From NCBI GenBank assembly GCA_964276515.1, contig OZ193909.1:9796001-9860000 (forward strand): a stretch of DNA of 64,000 bases, in the 5' to 3' direction. Below the pieces are notes generated by a model that made no database searches, was not told the DNA's origin, and saw only the letters and a list, made by a program, of their open reading frames with translations. Position numbers and translations under genes: made by a program. Below are positions 35,601 through 51,300 of the stretch, piece by piece. The DNA is from Gordius albopunctatus (taxonomy: Eukaryota). How positions within the stretch are numbered: the first letter of the stretch is position 1; the number at the start of each line of letters is the position of its first letter.

Positions 35601-38600
35601 GACTGATCAAAAATTTTTTTCACTAATTGACCTCTGATATCATAAACTTTCATGACGGCTATATTGTTGAACAAAAAAATTGAAAAAATTTTGATGTCGA
35701 AAAAAATATTTATTTTCATATTCTATCAAAAGGGGGCTGAAAGAATCTTTAAAAGTTAATAAATATTCTTAGCATCATGTCCTTGTTAGAATCCGTATGA
35801 TAATTTTTGAACGGAGTGAGGTTTTAGATTGAGAGAAACTAAACTTTTCGTGTTGCGTTTAGATTGTTTCAAAATAGCTTTCTAAGCGTGTCTCTAGTTT
35901 TTGAGAAACAAACTCTATTTGATCGTGATTTAAAGTTAATAATTTTTGAGGACGATCAAAAATTTTTCACTAATTGACCTCTGATATCAAATCTTTCATG
36001 ACGGCTATATTGTTGAACAAAAAAATTTCAAAAAATTTTGATGTCGAAAAAAATATTTATTTTCCTATTCTTTCGAAAGGGGGATGAAAAAATCTTTAAA
36101 ATTTAGAAACTAAACTTTTCGTGTTGCGTTTAGATTGTTTCAAAATCGCTTTCTAAGCGTGTCTCTAGTTTTTGAGAAACAAACTCTATTTGATCGTGAT
36201 TTAAAGTTAATAATTTTTGAGGACGATCAAAAATTTTTCACTAATTGACCTCTGATATCAAATCTTTCATGACGGCTATATTGTTGAACAAAAAAATTGA
36301 AAAAATTTTGATGTCGAAAAAAATATTTATTTTCCTATTCTTTCGAAAGGGTGATGAAAAAATCTTTAAAATTTAGAAACTAAACTTTTCGTGTTGCGTT
36401 TAGATTGTTTCAAAATCGCTTTCTAAGCGTGTCTCTAGTTTTTGTGAAACAAACTCTATTTGATCGTGATTTAAAGTTAATAATTTTTGAGGACGATCAA
36501 AAATTTTTCACTAATTGACCTCTGATATCAAAAACTTTCATGACGGCTATATTGTTGAACAAAAAAATTGAAAAAATTTTGATGTCGAAAAAAATATTTA
36601 TTTTCCTATTCTTTCGAAAGGGGGATGAAAAAATCTTTAAAATTAAGAAACTAAACTTTTCGGGTTGCGTTTAGATTGTTTCAAAATCGCTTTCTAAGCG
36701 TGTCTCTAGTTTTTGTGAAACAAACTCTATTTGATCGTGATTTAAAGTTAATAATTTTTGAGGACTGATCAAAAATTTTTTCACTAATTGACCTCTGATA
36801 TCAAAAACTTTCATGACGGCTATATTGTTGAACAAAAAAATTGAAAAAATTTGGATGTCGAAAAAAATATTTATTTTCCTATTCTTTCGAAAGGGGGATG
36901 AAAAAATCTTTAAAATTAAGAAACTAAACTTTTCGGGTTGCGTTTAGATTGTTTCAAAATCGCTTTCTAAGCGTGTCTCTAGTTTTTGTGAAACAAACTC
37001 TATTTGATCGTGATTTAAAGTTAATAATTTTTGAGGACTGATCAAAAAATTTTTCACTAATTGACCTCTGATATCAAAAACTTTCATGACGGCTATATTG
37101 TTGAACAAAAAAATTTCAAAAAATTTTGATGTCGAAAAAAATATTTATTTTCCTATTCTTTCGAAAGGGGGATGAAAAAATCTTTAAAAGTTAGAAACTA
37201 AACTTTTCGTGTTGCGTTTAGATTGTTTCAAAATCGCTTTCTACGCGTGTCTCTAGTTTTTGTGAAACAAACTCTATTTGATCGTGATATAAAGTTAATA
37301 ATTTTTGAGGACTGATCAAAAAATTTTTCACTAATTGACCTCTGATATCAAAAACTTTCATGACGGCTATATTGTTGAACAAAAAAATTGAAAAATTTTT
37401 GAAGTCGAAAAAAATATTTATTTTCATATTCTATCAAAAGGGGGCTGAAAGAATCTTTAAAAGTTAGTAAATATTCTTAGCATCATGTCCTTGTTAGAAT
37501 CCGTATGATAATTTTTGCACGGGGTGAGGTTTTAGATTGAGAGAAACTAAACTTTTCGTGTTGCGTTTAGATTGTTTCAAAATCGCTTTCTAAGCGTGTC
37601 TCTAGTTTTTGAGAAACAAACTCTATTTGATCGTGATTTAAAGTTAATAATTTTTGAGGACGATCAAAAATTTTTCACTAATTGACCTCTGATATCAAAT
37701 CTTTCATGACGGCTATATTGTTGAACAAAAAAATTGAAAAATTTTTGAAGTCGAAAAAAATATTTATTTTCATATTCTATCAAAAGGGGGCTGAAAGAAT
37801 CTTTAAAAGTTAGTAAATATTCTTAGCATCATGTCCTTGTTAGAATCCGTATGATAATTTTTGAACGGAGTGAGGTTTTAGATTGAGAGAAACTAAACTT
37901 TTCGTGTTGCGTTTAGATTGTTTCAAAATAGCTTTCTAAGCGTGTCTCTAGTTTTTGAGAAACAAACTCTATTTGATCGTGATTTAAAGTTAATAATTTT
38001 TGAGGACGATCAAAAATTTTTCACTAATTGACCTCTGATATCAAATCTTTCATGACGGCTATATTGTTGAACAAAAAAATTTCAAAAAATTTTGATGTCG
38101 AAAAAAATATTTATTTTCCTATTCTTTCGAAAGGGGGATGAAAAAATCTTTAAAATTTAGAAACTAAACTTTTCGTGTTGCGTTTAGATTGTTTCAAAAT
38201 CGCTTTCTAAGCGTGTCTCTAGTTTTTGAGAAACAAACTCTATTTGATCGTGATTTAAAGTTAATAATTTTTGAGGACGATCAAAAATTTTTCACTAATT
38301 GACCTCTGATATCAAAAACTTTCATGACGGCTATATTGTTGAACAAAAAAATTGAAAAAATTTTGATGTCGAAAAAAATATTTATTTTCCTATTCTTTCG
38401 AAAGGGGGATGAAAAAATCTTTAAAATTTAGAAACTAAACTTTTCGTGTTGCGTTTAGATTGTTTCAAAATCGCTTTCTAAGCGTGTCTCTAGTTTTTGT
38501 GAAACAAACTCTATTTGATCGTGATTTAAAGTTAATAATTTTTGAGGACTGATCAAAAAATTTTTCACTAATTGACCTCTGATATCAAAAACTTTCATGA

Positions 38601-41600
38601 CGGCTATATTGTTGAACAAAAAAATTGAAAAAATTTTGATGTCGAAAAAAATATTTATTTTCCTATTCTTTCGAAAGGGGGATGAAAAAATCTTTAAAAT
38701 TAAGAAACTAAACTTTTCGGGTTGCGTTTAGATTGTTTCAAAATCGCTTTCTAAGCGTGTCTCTAGTTTTTGTGAAACAAACTCTATTTGATCGTGATTT
38801 AAAGTTAATAATTTTTGAGGACTGATCAAAAAATTTTTCACTAATTGACCTCTGATATCAAAAACTTTCATGACGGCTATATTGTTGAACAAAAAAATTG
38901 AAAAATTTTTGAAGTCGAAAAAAATATTTATTTTCATATTCTATCAAAAGGGAGCTGAAAGAATCTTTAAAAGTTAGTAAATATTCTTAGCATCATGTCC
39001 TTGTTAGAATCCGTATGATAATTTTTGCACGGGGTGAGGTTTTAGATTGAGAGAAACTAAACTTTTCGTGTTGCGTTTAGATTGTTTCAAAATCGCTTTC
39101 TAAGCGCGTCTCTAGTTTTTGAGAAACAAACTCTATTTGATCGTGATTTAAAGTTAATAATTTTTGGGGACGATCAAAAATTTTTCACTAATTGACCTCT
39201 GATATCAAAAACTTTCATGACGGCTATATTGTTGAACAAAAAAATTGAAAAATTTTTGAAGTCGAAAAAAATATTTATTTTCATATTCTATCAAAAGGGG
39301 GCTGAAAGAATCTTTAAAAGTTAGTAAATATTCTTAGCATCATGTCCTTGTTAGAATCCGTATGATAATTTTTGCACGGGGTGAGGTTTTAGATTGAGAG
39401 AAACTAAACTTTTCGTGTTGCGTTTAGATTGTTTCAAAATCGCTTTCTAAGCGTGTCTCTAGTTATTGAGAAACAAACTCTATTTGATCGTGATTTAAAG
39501 TTAATAATTTTTGAGGACTGATCAAAAAATTTTTCACTAATTGACCTCTGATATCAAATCTTTCATGACGGCTATATTGTTGAACAAAAAAATTGAAAAA
39601 ATTTTGATGTCGAAAAAAATATTTATTTTCCTATTCTTTCGAAAGGGGGATGAAAAAATCTTTAAAATTTAGAAACTAAACTTTTCGTGTTGCGTTTAGA
39701 TTGTTTCAAAATCGCTTTCTAAGCGTGTCTCTAGTTTTTGTGAAACAAACTCTATTTGATCGTGATTTAAAGTTAATAATTTTTGAGGACTGATCAAAAA
39801 TTTTTTTCACTAATTGACCTCTGATATCATAAACTTTCATGACGGCTATATTGTTGAACAAAAAAATTGAAAAAATTTTGATGTCGAAAAAAATATTTAT
39901 TTTCATATTCTATCGAAAGGGTGCTGAAAGAATCTTTAAAATTTAGAAACTAAACTTTTCGTGTTGCGTTTAGATTGTTTCAAAATAGCTTTCTAAGCGT
40001 GTCTCTAGTTTTTGCGAAACAAACTCTATGTGATCGTGATTTAAAGTTAATAATTTTTGAGGACTGATCAAAAAAATTTTTCTCTAATTGACCTCTGATA
40101 TCAAAAACTTTCATGACGGCTATATTGTTGAACAAAAAAATTGAAAAATTTTTGAAGTCGAAAAAAATATTTATTTTCATATTCTATCAAAAGGGAGCTG
40201 AAAGAATCTTTAAAAGTTAGTAAATATTCTTAGCATCATGTCCTTGTTAGAATCCGTATGATAATTTTTGCACGGGGTGAGGTTTTAGATTGAGAGAAAC
40301 TAAACTTTTCGTGTTGCGTTTAGATTGTTTCAAAATCGCTTTCTAAGCGTGTCTCTAGTTATTGAGAAACAAACTCTATTTGATCGTGATTTAAAGTTAA
40401 TAATTTTTGAGGACTGATCAAAAAATTTTTCACTAATTGACCTCTGATATCAAAAACTTTCATGACGGCTATATTGTTGAACAAAAAAATTGAAAAATTT
40501 TTGAAGTCGAAAAAAATATTTATTTTCATATTCTATCAAAAGGGGGCTGAAAGAATCTTTAAAAGTTAGTAAATATTCTTAGCATCATGTCCTTGTTAGA
40601 ATCCGTATGATAATTTTTGCACGGGGTGAGGTTTTAGATTGAGAGAAACTAAACTTTTCGTGTTGCGTTTAGATTGTTTCAAAATCGCTTTCTAACCGTG
40701 TCTCTAGTTTTTGAGAAACAAACTCTATTTGATCGTGATTTAAAGTTAATAATTTTTGAGGACGATCAAAAATTTTTCACTAATTGACCTCTGATATCAA
40801 AAACTTTCATGACGGCTATATTGTTGAACAAAAAAATTAAAAAAATTTTGATGTCGAAAAAAATATTTATTTTCCTATTCTTTCGAAAGGGGGATGAAAA
40901 AATCTTTAAAATTAAGAAACTAAACTTTTCGGGTTGCGTTTAGATTGTTTCAAAATCGCTTTCTAAGCGTGTCTCTAGTTTTTGTGAAACAAACTCTATT
41001 TGATCGTGATTTAAAGTTAATAATTTTTGAGGACTGATCAAAAAAATTTTCACTAATTGACCTCTGATATCAAAAACTTTCATGACGGCTATATTGTTGA
41101 ACAAAAAAATTGAAAAATTTTTGAAGTCGAAAAAAATATTTATTTTCATATTCTATCAAAAGGGGGCTGAAAGAATCTTTAAAAGTTAGTAAATATTCTT
41201 AGCATCATGTCCTTGTTAGAATCCGTATGATAATTTTTGCACGGGGTGAGGTTTTAGATTGAGAGAAACTAAACTTTTCGTGTTGCGTTTAGATTGTTTC
41301 AAAATCGCTTTCTACGCGTGTCTCTAGTTTTTGTGAAACAAACTCTATTTGATCGTGATATAAAGTTAATAATTTTTGAGGACTGATCAAAAAATTTTTC
41401 ACTAATTGACCTCTGATATCAAATCTTTCATGACGGCTATATTGTTGAACAAAAAAATTGAAAAAATTTTGATGTCGAAAAAAATATTTATTTTCCTATT
41501 CTTTCGAAAGGGTGATGAAAAAATCTTTAAAATTTAGAAACTAAACTTTTCGTGTTGCGTTTAGATTGTTTCAAAATCGCTTTCTAAGCGTGTCTCTAGT

Positions 41601-44600
41601 TTTTGTGAAACAAACTCTATTTGATCGTGATTTAAAGTTAATAATTTTTGAGGACGATCAAAAATTTTTCACTAATTGACCTCTGATATCAAATCTTTCA
41701 TCTATATTGTTGAACAAAAAAATTGAAAAAATTTTGATGTCGAAAAAAATATTTATTTTCCTATTCTTTCGAAAGGGTGATGAAAAAATCTTTAAAATTT
41801 AGAAACTAAACTTTTCGTGTTGCGTTTAGATTGTTTCAAAATCGCTTTCTAAGCGTGTCTCTAGTTTTTGTGAAACAAACTCTATTTGATCGTGATTTAA
41901 AGTTAATAATTTTTGAGGACTGATCAAAAAATTTTTCACTAATTGACCTCTGATATCAAAAACTTTCATGACGGCTATATTGTTGAACAAAAAAATTGAA
42001 AAAATTTTGATGTCGAAAAAAATATTTATTTTCCTATTCTTTCGAAAGGGGGATGAAAAAATCTTTAAAATTAAGAAACTAAACTTTTCGGGTTGCGTTT
42101 AGATTGTTTCAAAATCGCTTTCTAAGCGTGTCTCTAGTTTTTGTGAAACAAACTCTATTTGATCGTGATTTAAAGTTAATAATTTTTGAGGACTGATCAA
42201 AAAATTTTTCACTAATTGACCTCTGATATCAAAAACTTTCATGACGGCTATATTGTTGAACAAAAAAATTTCAAAAAATTTTGATGTCGAAAAAAATATT
42301 TATTTTCCTATTCTTTCGAAAGGGGGATGAAAAAATCTTTAAAATTTAGAAACTAAACTTTTCGTGTTGCGTTTAGATTGTTTCAAAATCGCTTTCTAAC
42401 CGTGTCTCTAGTTTTTGAGAAACAAACTCTATTTGATCGTGATTTAAAGTTAATAATTTTTGAGGACGATCAAAAATTTTTCACTAATTGACCTCTGATA
42501 TCAAATCTTTCATGACGGCTATATTGTTGAACAAAAAAATTGAAAAATTTTTGAAGTCGAAAAAAATATTTATTTTCATATTCTATCAAAAGGGGGCTAA
42601 AAGAATCTTTAAAAGTTAATAAATATTCTTAGCATCATGTCCTTGTTAGAATCCGTATGATAATTTTTGAACGGAGTGAGGTTTTAGATTGAGAGAAACT
42701 AAACTTTTCGTGTTGCGTTTAGATTGTTTCAAAATAGCTTTCTAAGCGTGTCTCTAGTTTTTGAGAAACAAACTCTATTTGATCGTGATTTAAAGTTAAT
42801 AATTTTTGAGGACGATCAAAAATTTTTCACTAATTGACCTCTGATATCAAATCTTTCATGACGGCTATATTGTTGAACAAAAAAATTTCAAAAAATTTTG
42901 ATGTCGAAAAAAATATTTATTTTCCTATTCTTTCGAAAGGGGGATGAAAAAATCTTTAAAATTTAGAAACTAAACTTTTCGTGTTGCGTTTAGATTGTTT
43001 CAAAATCGCTTTCTAAGCGTGTCTCTAGTTTTTGTGAAACAAACTCTATTTGATCGTGATTTAAAGTTAATAATTTTTGAGGACTGATCAAAAATTTTTT
43101 CACTAATTGACCTCTGATATCAAAAACTTTCATGACGGCTATATTGTTGAACAAAAAAATTGAAAAATTTTTGAAGTCGAAAAAAATATTTATTTTCATA
43201 TTCTATCAAAAGGGGGCTGAAAGAATCTTTAAAAGTTAGTAAATATTCTTAGCATCATGTCCTTGTTAGAATCCGTATGATAATTTTTGAACGGAGTGAG
43301 GTTTTAGATTGAGAGAAACTAAACTTTTCGTGTTGCGTTTAGATTGTTTCAAAATCGCTTTCTAAGCGTGTCTCTAGTTTTTGAGAAACAAACTCTATTT
43401 GATCGTGATTTAAAGTTAAAAACTTTTGAGGACTGATCAAAAATTTTTTTCACTAATTGACCTCTGATATCATAAACTTTCATGACGGCTATATTGTTGA
43501 ACAAAAAAATTGAAAAAATTTTGATGTCGAAAAAAATATTTATTTTCATATTCTATCAAAAGGGGGCTGAAAGAATCTTTAAAAGTTAATAAATATTCTT
43601 AGCATCATGTCCTTGTTAGAATCCGTATGATAATTTTTGAACGGAGTGAGGTTTTAGATTGAGAGAAACTAAACTTTTCGTGTTGCGTTTAGATTGTTTC
43701 AAAATAGCTTTCTAAGCGTGTCTCTAGTTTTTGAGAAACAAACTCTATTTGATCGTGATTTAAAGTTAATAATTTTTGAGGACGATCAAAAATTTTTCAC
43801 TAATTGACCTCTGATATCAAATCTTTCATGACGGCTATATTGTTGAACAAAAAAATTTCAAAAAATTTTGATGTCGAAAAAAATATTTATTTTCCTATTC
43901 TTTCGAAAGGGGGATGAAAAAATCTTTAAAATTTAGAAACTAAACTTTTCGTGTTGCGTTTAGATTGTTTCAAAATCGCTTTCTAAGCGTGTCTCTAGTT
44001 TTTGAGAAACAAACTCTATTTGATCGTGATTTAAAGTTAATAATTTTTGAGGACGATCAAAAATTTTTCACTAATTGACCTCTGATATCAAATCTTTCAT
44101 GACGGCTATATTGTTGAACAAAAAAATTGAAAAAATTTTGATGTCGAAAAAAATATTTATTTTCCTATTCTTTCGAAAGGGTGATGAAAAAATCTTTAAA
44201 ATTTAGAAACTAAACTTTTCGTGTTGCGTTTAGATTGTTTCAAAATCGCTTTCTAAGCGTGTCTCTAGTTTTTGTGAAACAAACTCTATTTGATCGTGAT
44301 TTAAAGTTAATAATTTTTGAGGACGATCAAAAATTTTTCACTAATTGACCTCTGATATCAAAAACTTTCATGACGGCTATATTGTTGAACAAAAAAATTG
44401 AAAAAATTTTGATGTCGAAAAAAATATTTATTTTCCTATTCTTTCGAAAGGGGGATGAAAAAATCTTTAAAATTAAGAAACTAAACTTTTCGGGTTGCGT
44501 TTAGATTGTTTCAAAATCGCTTTCTAAGCGTGTCTCTAGTTTTTGTGAAACAAACTCTATTTGATCGTGATTTAAAGTTAATAATTTTTGAGGACTGATC

Positions 44601-47600
44601 AAAAATTTTTTCACTAATTGACCTCTGATATCAAAAACTTTCATGACGGCTATATTGTTGAACAAAAAAATTGAAAAAATTTGGATGTCGAAAAAAATAT
44701 TTATTTTCCTATTCTTTCGAAAGGGGGATGAAAAAATCTTTAAAATTAAGAAACTAAACTTTTCGGGTTGCGTTTAGATTGTTTCAAAATCGCTTTCTAA
44801 GCGTGTCTCTAGTTTTTGTGAAACAAACTCTATTTGATCGTGATTTAAAGTTAATAATTTTTGAGGACTGATCAAAAAATTTTTCACTAATTGACCTCTG
44901 ATATCAAAAACTTTCATGACGGCTATATTGTTGAACAAAAAAATTTCAAAAAATTTTGATGTCGAAAAAAATATTTATTTTCCTATTCTTTCGAAAGGGG
45001 GATGAAAAAATCTTTAAAAGTTAGAAACTAAACTTTTCGTGTTGCGTTTAGATTGTTTCAAAATCGCTTTCTACGCGTGTCTCTAGTTTTTGTGAAACAA
45101 ACTCTATTTGATCGTGATATAAAGTTAATAATTTTTGAGGACTGATCAAAAAATTTTTCACTAATTGACCTCTGATATCAAAAACTTTCATGACGGCTAT
45201 ATTGTTGAACAAAAAAATTGAAAAATTTTTGAAGTCGAAAAAAATATTTATTTTCATATTCTATCAAAAGGGGGCTGAAAGAATCTTTAAAAGTTAGTAA
45301 ATATTCTTAGCATCATGTCCTTGTTAGAATCCGTATGATAATTTTTGCACGGGGTGAGGTTTTAGATTGAGAGAAACTAAACTTTTCGTGTTGCGTTTAG
45401 ATTGTTTCAAAATCGCTTTCTAAGCGTGTCTCTAGTTTTTGAGAAACAAACTCTATTTGATCGTGATTTAAAGTTAATAATTTTTGAGGACGATCAAAAA
45501 TTTTTCACTAATTGACCTCTGATATCAAATCTTTCATGACGGCTATATTGTTGAACAAAAAAATTGAAAAATTTTTGAAGTCGAAAAAAATATTTATTTT
45601 CATATTCTATCAAAAGGGGGCTGAAAGAATCTTTAAAAGTTAGTAAATATTCTTAGCATCATGTCCTTGTTAGAATCCGTATGATAATTTTTGAACGGAG
45701 TGAGGTTTTAGATTGAGAGAAACTAAACTTTTCGTGTTGCGTTTAGATTGTTTCAAAATAGCTTTCTAAGCGTGTCTCTAGTTTTTGAGAAACAAACTCT
45801 ATTTGATCGTGATTTAAAGTTAATAATTTTTGAGGACGATCAAAAATTTTTCACTAATTGACCTCTGATATCAAATCTTTCATGACGGCTATATTGTTGA
45901 ACAAAAAAATTTCAAAAAATTTTGATGTCGAAAAAAATATTTATTTTCCTATTCTTTCGAAAGGGGGATGAAAAAATCTTTAAAATTTAGAAACTAAACT
46001 TTTCGTGTTGCGTTTAGATTGTTTCAAAATCGCTTTCTAAGCGTGTCTCTAGTTTTTGAGAAACAAACTCTATTTGATCGTGATTTAAAGTTAATAATTT
46101 TTGAGGACGATCAAAAATTTTTCACTAATTGACCTCTGATATCAAAAACTTTCATGACGGCTATATTGTTGAACAAAAAAATTGAAAAAATTTTGATGTC
46201 GAAAAAAATATTTATTTTCCTATTCTTTCGAAAGGGGGATGAAAAAATCTTTAAAATTTAGAAACTAAACTTTTCGTGTTGCGTTTAGATTGTTTCAAAA
46301 TCGCTTTCTAAGCGTGTCTCTAGTTTTTGTGAAACAAACTCTATTTGATCGTGATTTAAAGTTAATAATTTTTGAGGACTGATCAAAAAATTTTTCACTA
46401 ATTGACCTCTGATATCAAAAACTTTCATGACGGCTATATTGTTGAACAAAAAAATTGAAAAAATTTTGATGTCGAAAAAAATATTTATTTTCCTATTCTT
46501 TCGAAAGGGGGATGAAAAAATCTTTAAAATTAAGAAACTAAACTTTTCGGGTTGCGTTTAGATTGTTTCAAAATCGCTTTCTAAGCGTGTCTCTAGTTTT
46601 TGTGAAACAAACTCTATTTGATCGTGATTTAAAGTTAATAATTTTTGAGGACTGATCAAAAAATTTTTCACTAATTGACCTCTGATATCAAAAACTTTCA
46701 TGACGGCTATATTGTTGAACAAAAAAATTGAAAAATTTTTGAAGTCGAAAAAAATATTTATTTTCATATTCTATCAAAAGGGAGCTGAAAGAATCTTTAA
46801 AAGTTAGTAAATATTCTTAGCATCATGTCCTTGTTAGAATCCGTATGATAATTTTTGCACGGGGTGAGGTTTTAGATTGAGAGAAACTAAACTTTTCGTG
46901 TTGCGTTTAGATTGTTTCAAAATCGCTTTCTAAGCGCGTCTCTAGTTTTTGAGAAACAAACTCTATTTGATCGTGATTTAAAGTTAATAATTTTTGGGGA
47001 CGATCAAAAATTTTTCACTAATTGACCTCTGATATCAAAAACTTTCATGACGGCTATATTGTTGAACAAAAAAATTGAAAAATTTTTGAAGTCGAAAAAA
47101 ATATTTATTTTCATATTCTATCAAAAGGGGGCTGAAAGAATCTTTAAAAGTTAGTAAATATTCTTAGCATCATGTCCTTGTTAGAATCCGTATGATAATT
47201 TTTGCACGGGGTGAGGTTTTAGATTGAGAGAAACTAAACTTTTCGTGTTGCGTTTAGATTGTTTCAAAATCGCTTTCTAAGCGTGTCTCTAGTTATTGAG
47301 AAACAAACTCTATTTGATCGTGATTTAAAGTTAATAATTTTTGAGGACTGATCAAAAAATTTTTCACTAATTGACCTCTGATATCAAATCTTTCATGACG
47401 GCTATATTGTTGAACAAAAAAATTGAAAAAATTTTGATGTCGAAAAAAATATTTATTTTCCTATTCTTTCGAAAGGGGGATGAAAAAATCTTTAAAATTT
47501 AGAAACTAAACTTTTCGTGTTGCGTTTAGATTGTTTCAAAATCGCTTTCTAAGCGTGTCTCTAGTTTTTGTGAAACAAACTCTATTTGATCGTGATTTAA

Positions 47601-48320
47601 AGTTAATAATTTTTGAGGACTGATCAAAAATTTTTTTCACTAATTGACCTCTGATATCATAAACTTTCATGACGGCTATATTGTTGAACAAAAAAATTGA
47701 AAAAATTTTGATGTCGAAAAAAATATTTATTTTCATATTCTATCGAAAGGGTGCTGAAAGAATCTTTAAAATTTAGAAACTAAACTTTTCGTGTTGCGTT
47801 TAGATTGTTTCAAAATAGCTTTCTAAGCGTGTCTCTAGTTTTTGCGAAACAAACTCTATGTGATCGTGATTTAAAGTTAATAATTTTTGAGGACTGATCA
47901 AAAAAATTTTTCTCTAATTGACCTCTGATATCAAAAACTTTCATGACGGCTATATTGTTGAACAAAAAAATTGAAAAATTTTTGAAGTCGAAAAAAATAT
48001 TTATTTTCATATTCTATCAAAAGGGAGCTGAAAGAATCTTTAAAAGTTAGTAAATATTCTTAGCATCATGTCCTTGTTAGAATCCGTATGATAATTTTTG
48101 CACGGGGTGAGGTTTTAGATTGAGAGAAACTAAACTTTTCGTGTTGCGTTTAGATTGTTTCAAAATCGCTTTCTAAGCGTGTCTCTAGTTATTGAGAAAC
48201 AAACTCTATTTGATCGTGATTTAAAGTTAATAATTTTTGAGGACTGATCAAAAAATTTTTCACTAATTGACCTCTGATATCAAAAACTTTCATGACGGCT
48301 ATATTGTTGAACAAAAAAAT
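32700..48320. repeat. Tandem duplication of a 7830-bp 26-mer (10 long + 16 short), about 2 copies
   Basis: Seven ORF pairs at offset 7830. Private 5-bp deletion after 33871/41701. Private SNPs at 34769/42599, 39107/46937, 39167/46997. Confidence 0.93.
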
Positions 48321-51300
48321 TCAAAAAATTTTGATGTCGAAAAAAATATTTATTTTCCTATTCTTTCGAAAGGGGGATGAAAAAATCTTTAAAATTTAGA
48401 AACTAAACTTTTCGTGTTGCGTTTAGATTGTTTCAAAATCGCTTTCTAAGCGTGTCTCTAGTTTTTGTGAAACAAACTCTATTTGATCGTGATTTAAAGT
48501 TAATAATTTTTGAGGACTGATCAAAAAATTTTTCACTAATTGACCTCTGATATCAAAAACTTTCATGACGGCTATATTGTTGAACAAAAAAATTGAAAAA
48601 ATTTTGATGTCGAAAAAAATATTTATTTTCATATTCTATCGAAAGGGTGCTGAAAGAATCTTTAAAATTTAGAAACTAAACTTTTCGTGTTGCGTTTAGA
48701 TTGTTTCAAAATCGCTTTCTAAGCGTGTCTCTAGTTTTTGTGAAACAAACTCTATTTGATCGTGATTTAAAGTTAATAATTTTTGAGGACTGATCAAAAA
48801 TTTTTTTCACTAATTGACCTCTGATATCATAAACTTTCATGACGGCTATATTGTTGAACAAAAAAATTGAAAAAATTTTGATGTCGAAAAAAATATTTAT
48901 TTTCCTATTCTTTCGAAAGGGGGATGAAAAAATCTTTAAAATTTAGAAACTAAACTTTTCGTGTTGCGTTTAGATTGTTTCAAAATCGCTTTCTAAGCGT
49001 GTCTCTAGTTTTTGTGAAACAAACTCTATTTGATCGTGATTTAAAGTTAATAATTTTTGAGGACTGATCAAATAATTTTTCACTAATTGACCTCTGATAT
49101 CAAAAACTTTCATGACGGCTATATTGTTGAACAAAAAAATTGAAAAATTTTTGAAGTCGAAAAAAATATTTATTTTCATATTCTATCAAAAAGGGGCTGA
49201 AAGAATTTTTAAAAGTTAGTAAATATTCTTAGCATCATGTCCTTGTTAGAATCCGTATGATAATTTTTGCACGGGGTGAGGTTTTAGATTGAGAGAAACT
49301 AAACTTTTCGTGTTGCGTTTAGATTGTTTCAAAATCGCTTTCTAAGCGTGTCTCTAGTTTTTGTGAAACAAACTCTATTTGATCGTGATTTAAAGTTAAT
49401 AATTTTTGAGGACTGATCAAATAATTTTTCTCTAATTGACCTCTGATATCAAAAACTTTCATGACGGCTATATTGTTGAACAAAAAAATTGAAAAATTTT
49501 TGAAGTCTAAAAAAATATTTATTTTCATATTCTATCAAAAGGGGGCTGAAAGAATTTTTAAAAGTTAGTAATTATTCTTAGCATCATGTCCTTGTTAGAA
49601 TCCGTATGATAATTTTTGCACGGGGTGAGGTTTTAGATTGAGAGAAACTAAACTTTTCGTGTTGCGTTTAGATTGTTTCAAAATCGCTTTCTAAGCGTGT
49701 CTCTAGTTTTTGAGAAACAAACTCTATTTGATCGTGATTTAAAGTTAATAATTTTTGAGGACGATCAAAAATTTTTCACTAATTGACCTCTGATATCAAA
49801 TCTTTCATGACGGCTATATTGTTGAACAAAAAAATTGAAAAAATTTTGATGTCGAAAAAAATATTTATTTTCCTATTCTTTCGAAAGGGGGATGAAAAAA
49901 TCTTTAAAATTTAGAAACTAAACTTTTCGTGTTGCGTTTAGATTGTTTCAAAATCGCTTTCTAAGCGTGTCTCTAGTTTTTGTGAAACAAACTCTATTTG
50001 ATCGTGATTTAAAGTTAATAATTTTTGAGGACTGATCAAAAATTTTTTTCACTAATTGACCTCTGATATCATAAACTTTCATGACGGCTATATTGTTGAA
50101 CAAAAAAATTGAAAAAATTTTGATGTCGAAAAAAATATTTATTTTCATATTCTATCGAAAGGGTGCTGAAAGAATCTTTAAAATTTAGAAACTAAACTTT
50201 TCGTGTTGCGTTTAGATTGTTTCAAAATAGCTTTCTAAGCGTGTCTCTAGTTTTTGCGAAACAAACTCTATGTGATCGTGATTTAAAGTTAATAATTTTT
50301 GAGGACTGATCAAAAAAATTTTTCTCTAATTGACCTCTGATATCAAAAACTTTCATGACGGCTATATTGTTGAACAAAAAAATTGAAAAATTTTTGAAGT
50401 CGAAAAAAATATTTATTTTCATATTCTATCAAAAGGGAGCTGAAAGAATCTTTAAAAGTTAGTAAATATTCTTAGCATCATGTCCTTGTTAGAATCCGTA
50501 TGATAATTTTTGCACGGGGTGAGGTTTTAGATTGAGAGAAACTAAACTTTTCGTGTTGCGTTTAGATTGTTTCAAAATCGCTTTCTAAGCGTGTCTCTAG
50601 TTTTTGAGAAACAAACTCTATTTGATCGTGATTTAAAGTTAATAATTTTTGAGGACGATCAAAAATTTTTCACTAATTGACCTCTGATATCAAATCTTTC
50701 ATGACGGCTATATTGTTGAACAAAAAAATTGAAAAAATTTTGATGTCGAAAAAAATATTTATTTTCCTATTCTTTCGAAAGGGGGATGAAAAAATCTTTA
50801 AAATTTAGAAACTAAACTTTTCGTGTTGCGTTTAGATTGTTTCAAAATCGCTTTCTAAGCGTGTCTCTAGTTTTTGTGAAACAAACTCTATTTGATCGTG
50901 ATTTAAAGTTAATAATTTTTGAGGACTGATCAAATAATTTTTCACTAATTGACCTCTGATATCAAAAACTTTCATGACGGCTATATTGTTGAACAAAAAA
51001 ATTGAAAAATTTTTGAAGTCGAAAAAAATATTTATTTTCATATTCTATCAAAAAGGGGCTGAAAGAATTTTTAAAAGTTAGTAAATATTCTTAGCATCAT
51101 GTCCTTGTTAGAATCCGTATGATAATTTTTGCACGGGGTGAGGTTTTAGATTGAGAGAAACTAAACTTTTCGTGTTGCGTTTAGATTGTTTCAAAATCGC
51201 TTTCTAAGCGTGTCTCTAGTTTTTGTGAAACAAACTCTATTTGATCGTGATTTAAAGTTAATAATTTTTGAGGACTGATCAAAAAATTTTTCACTAATTG

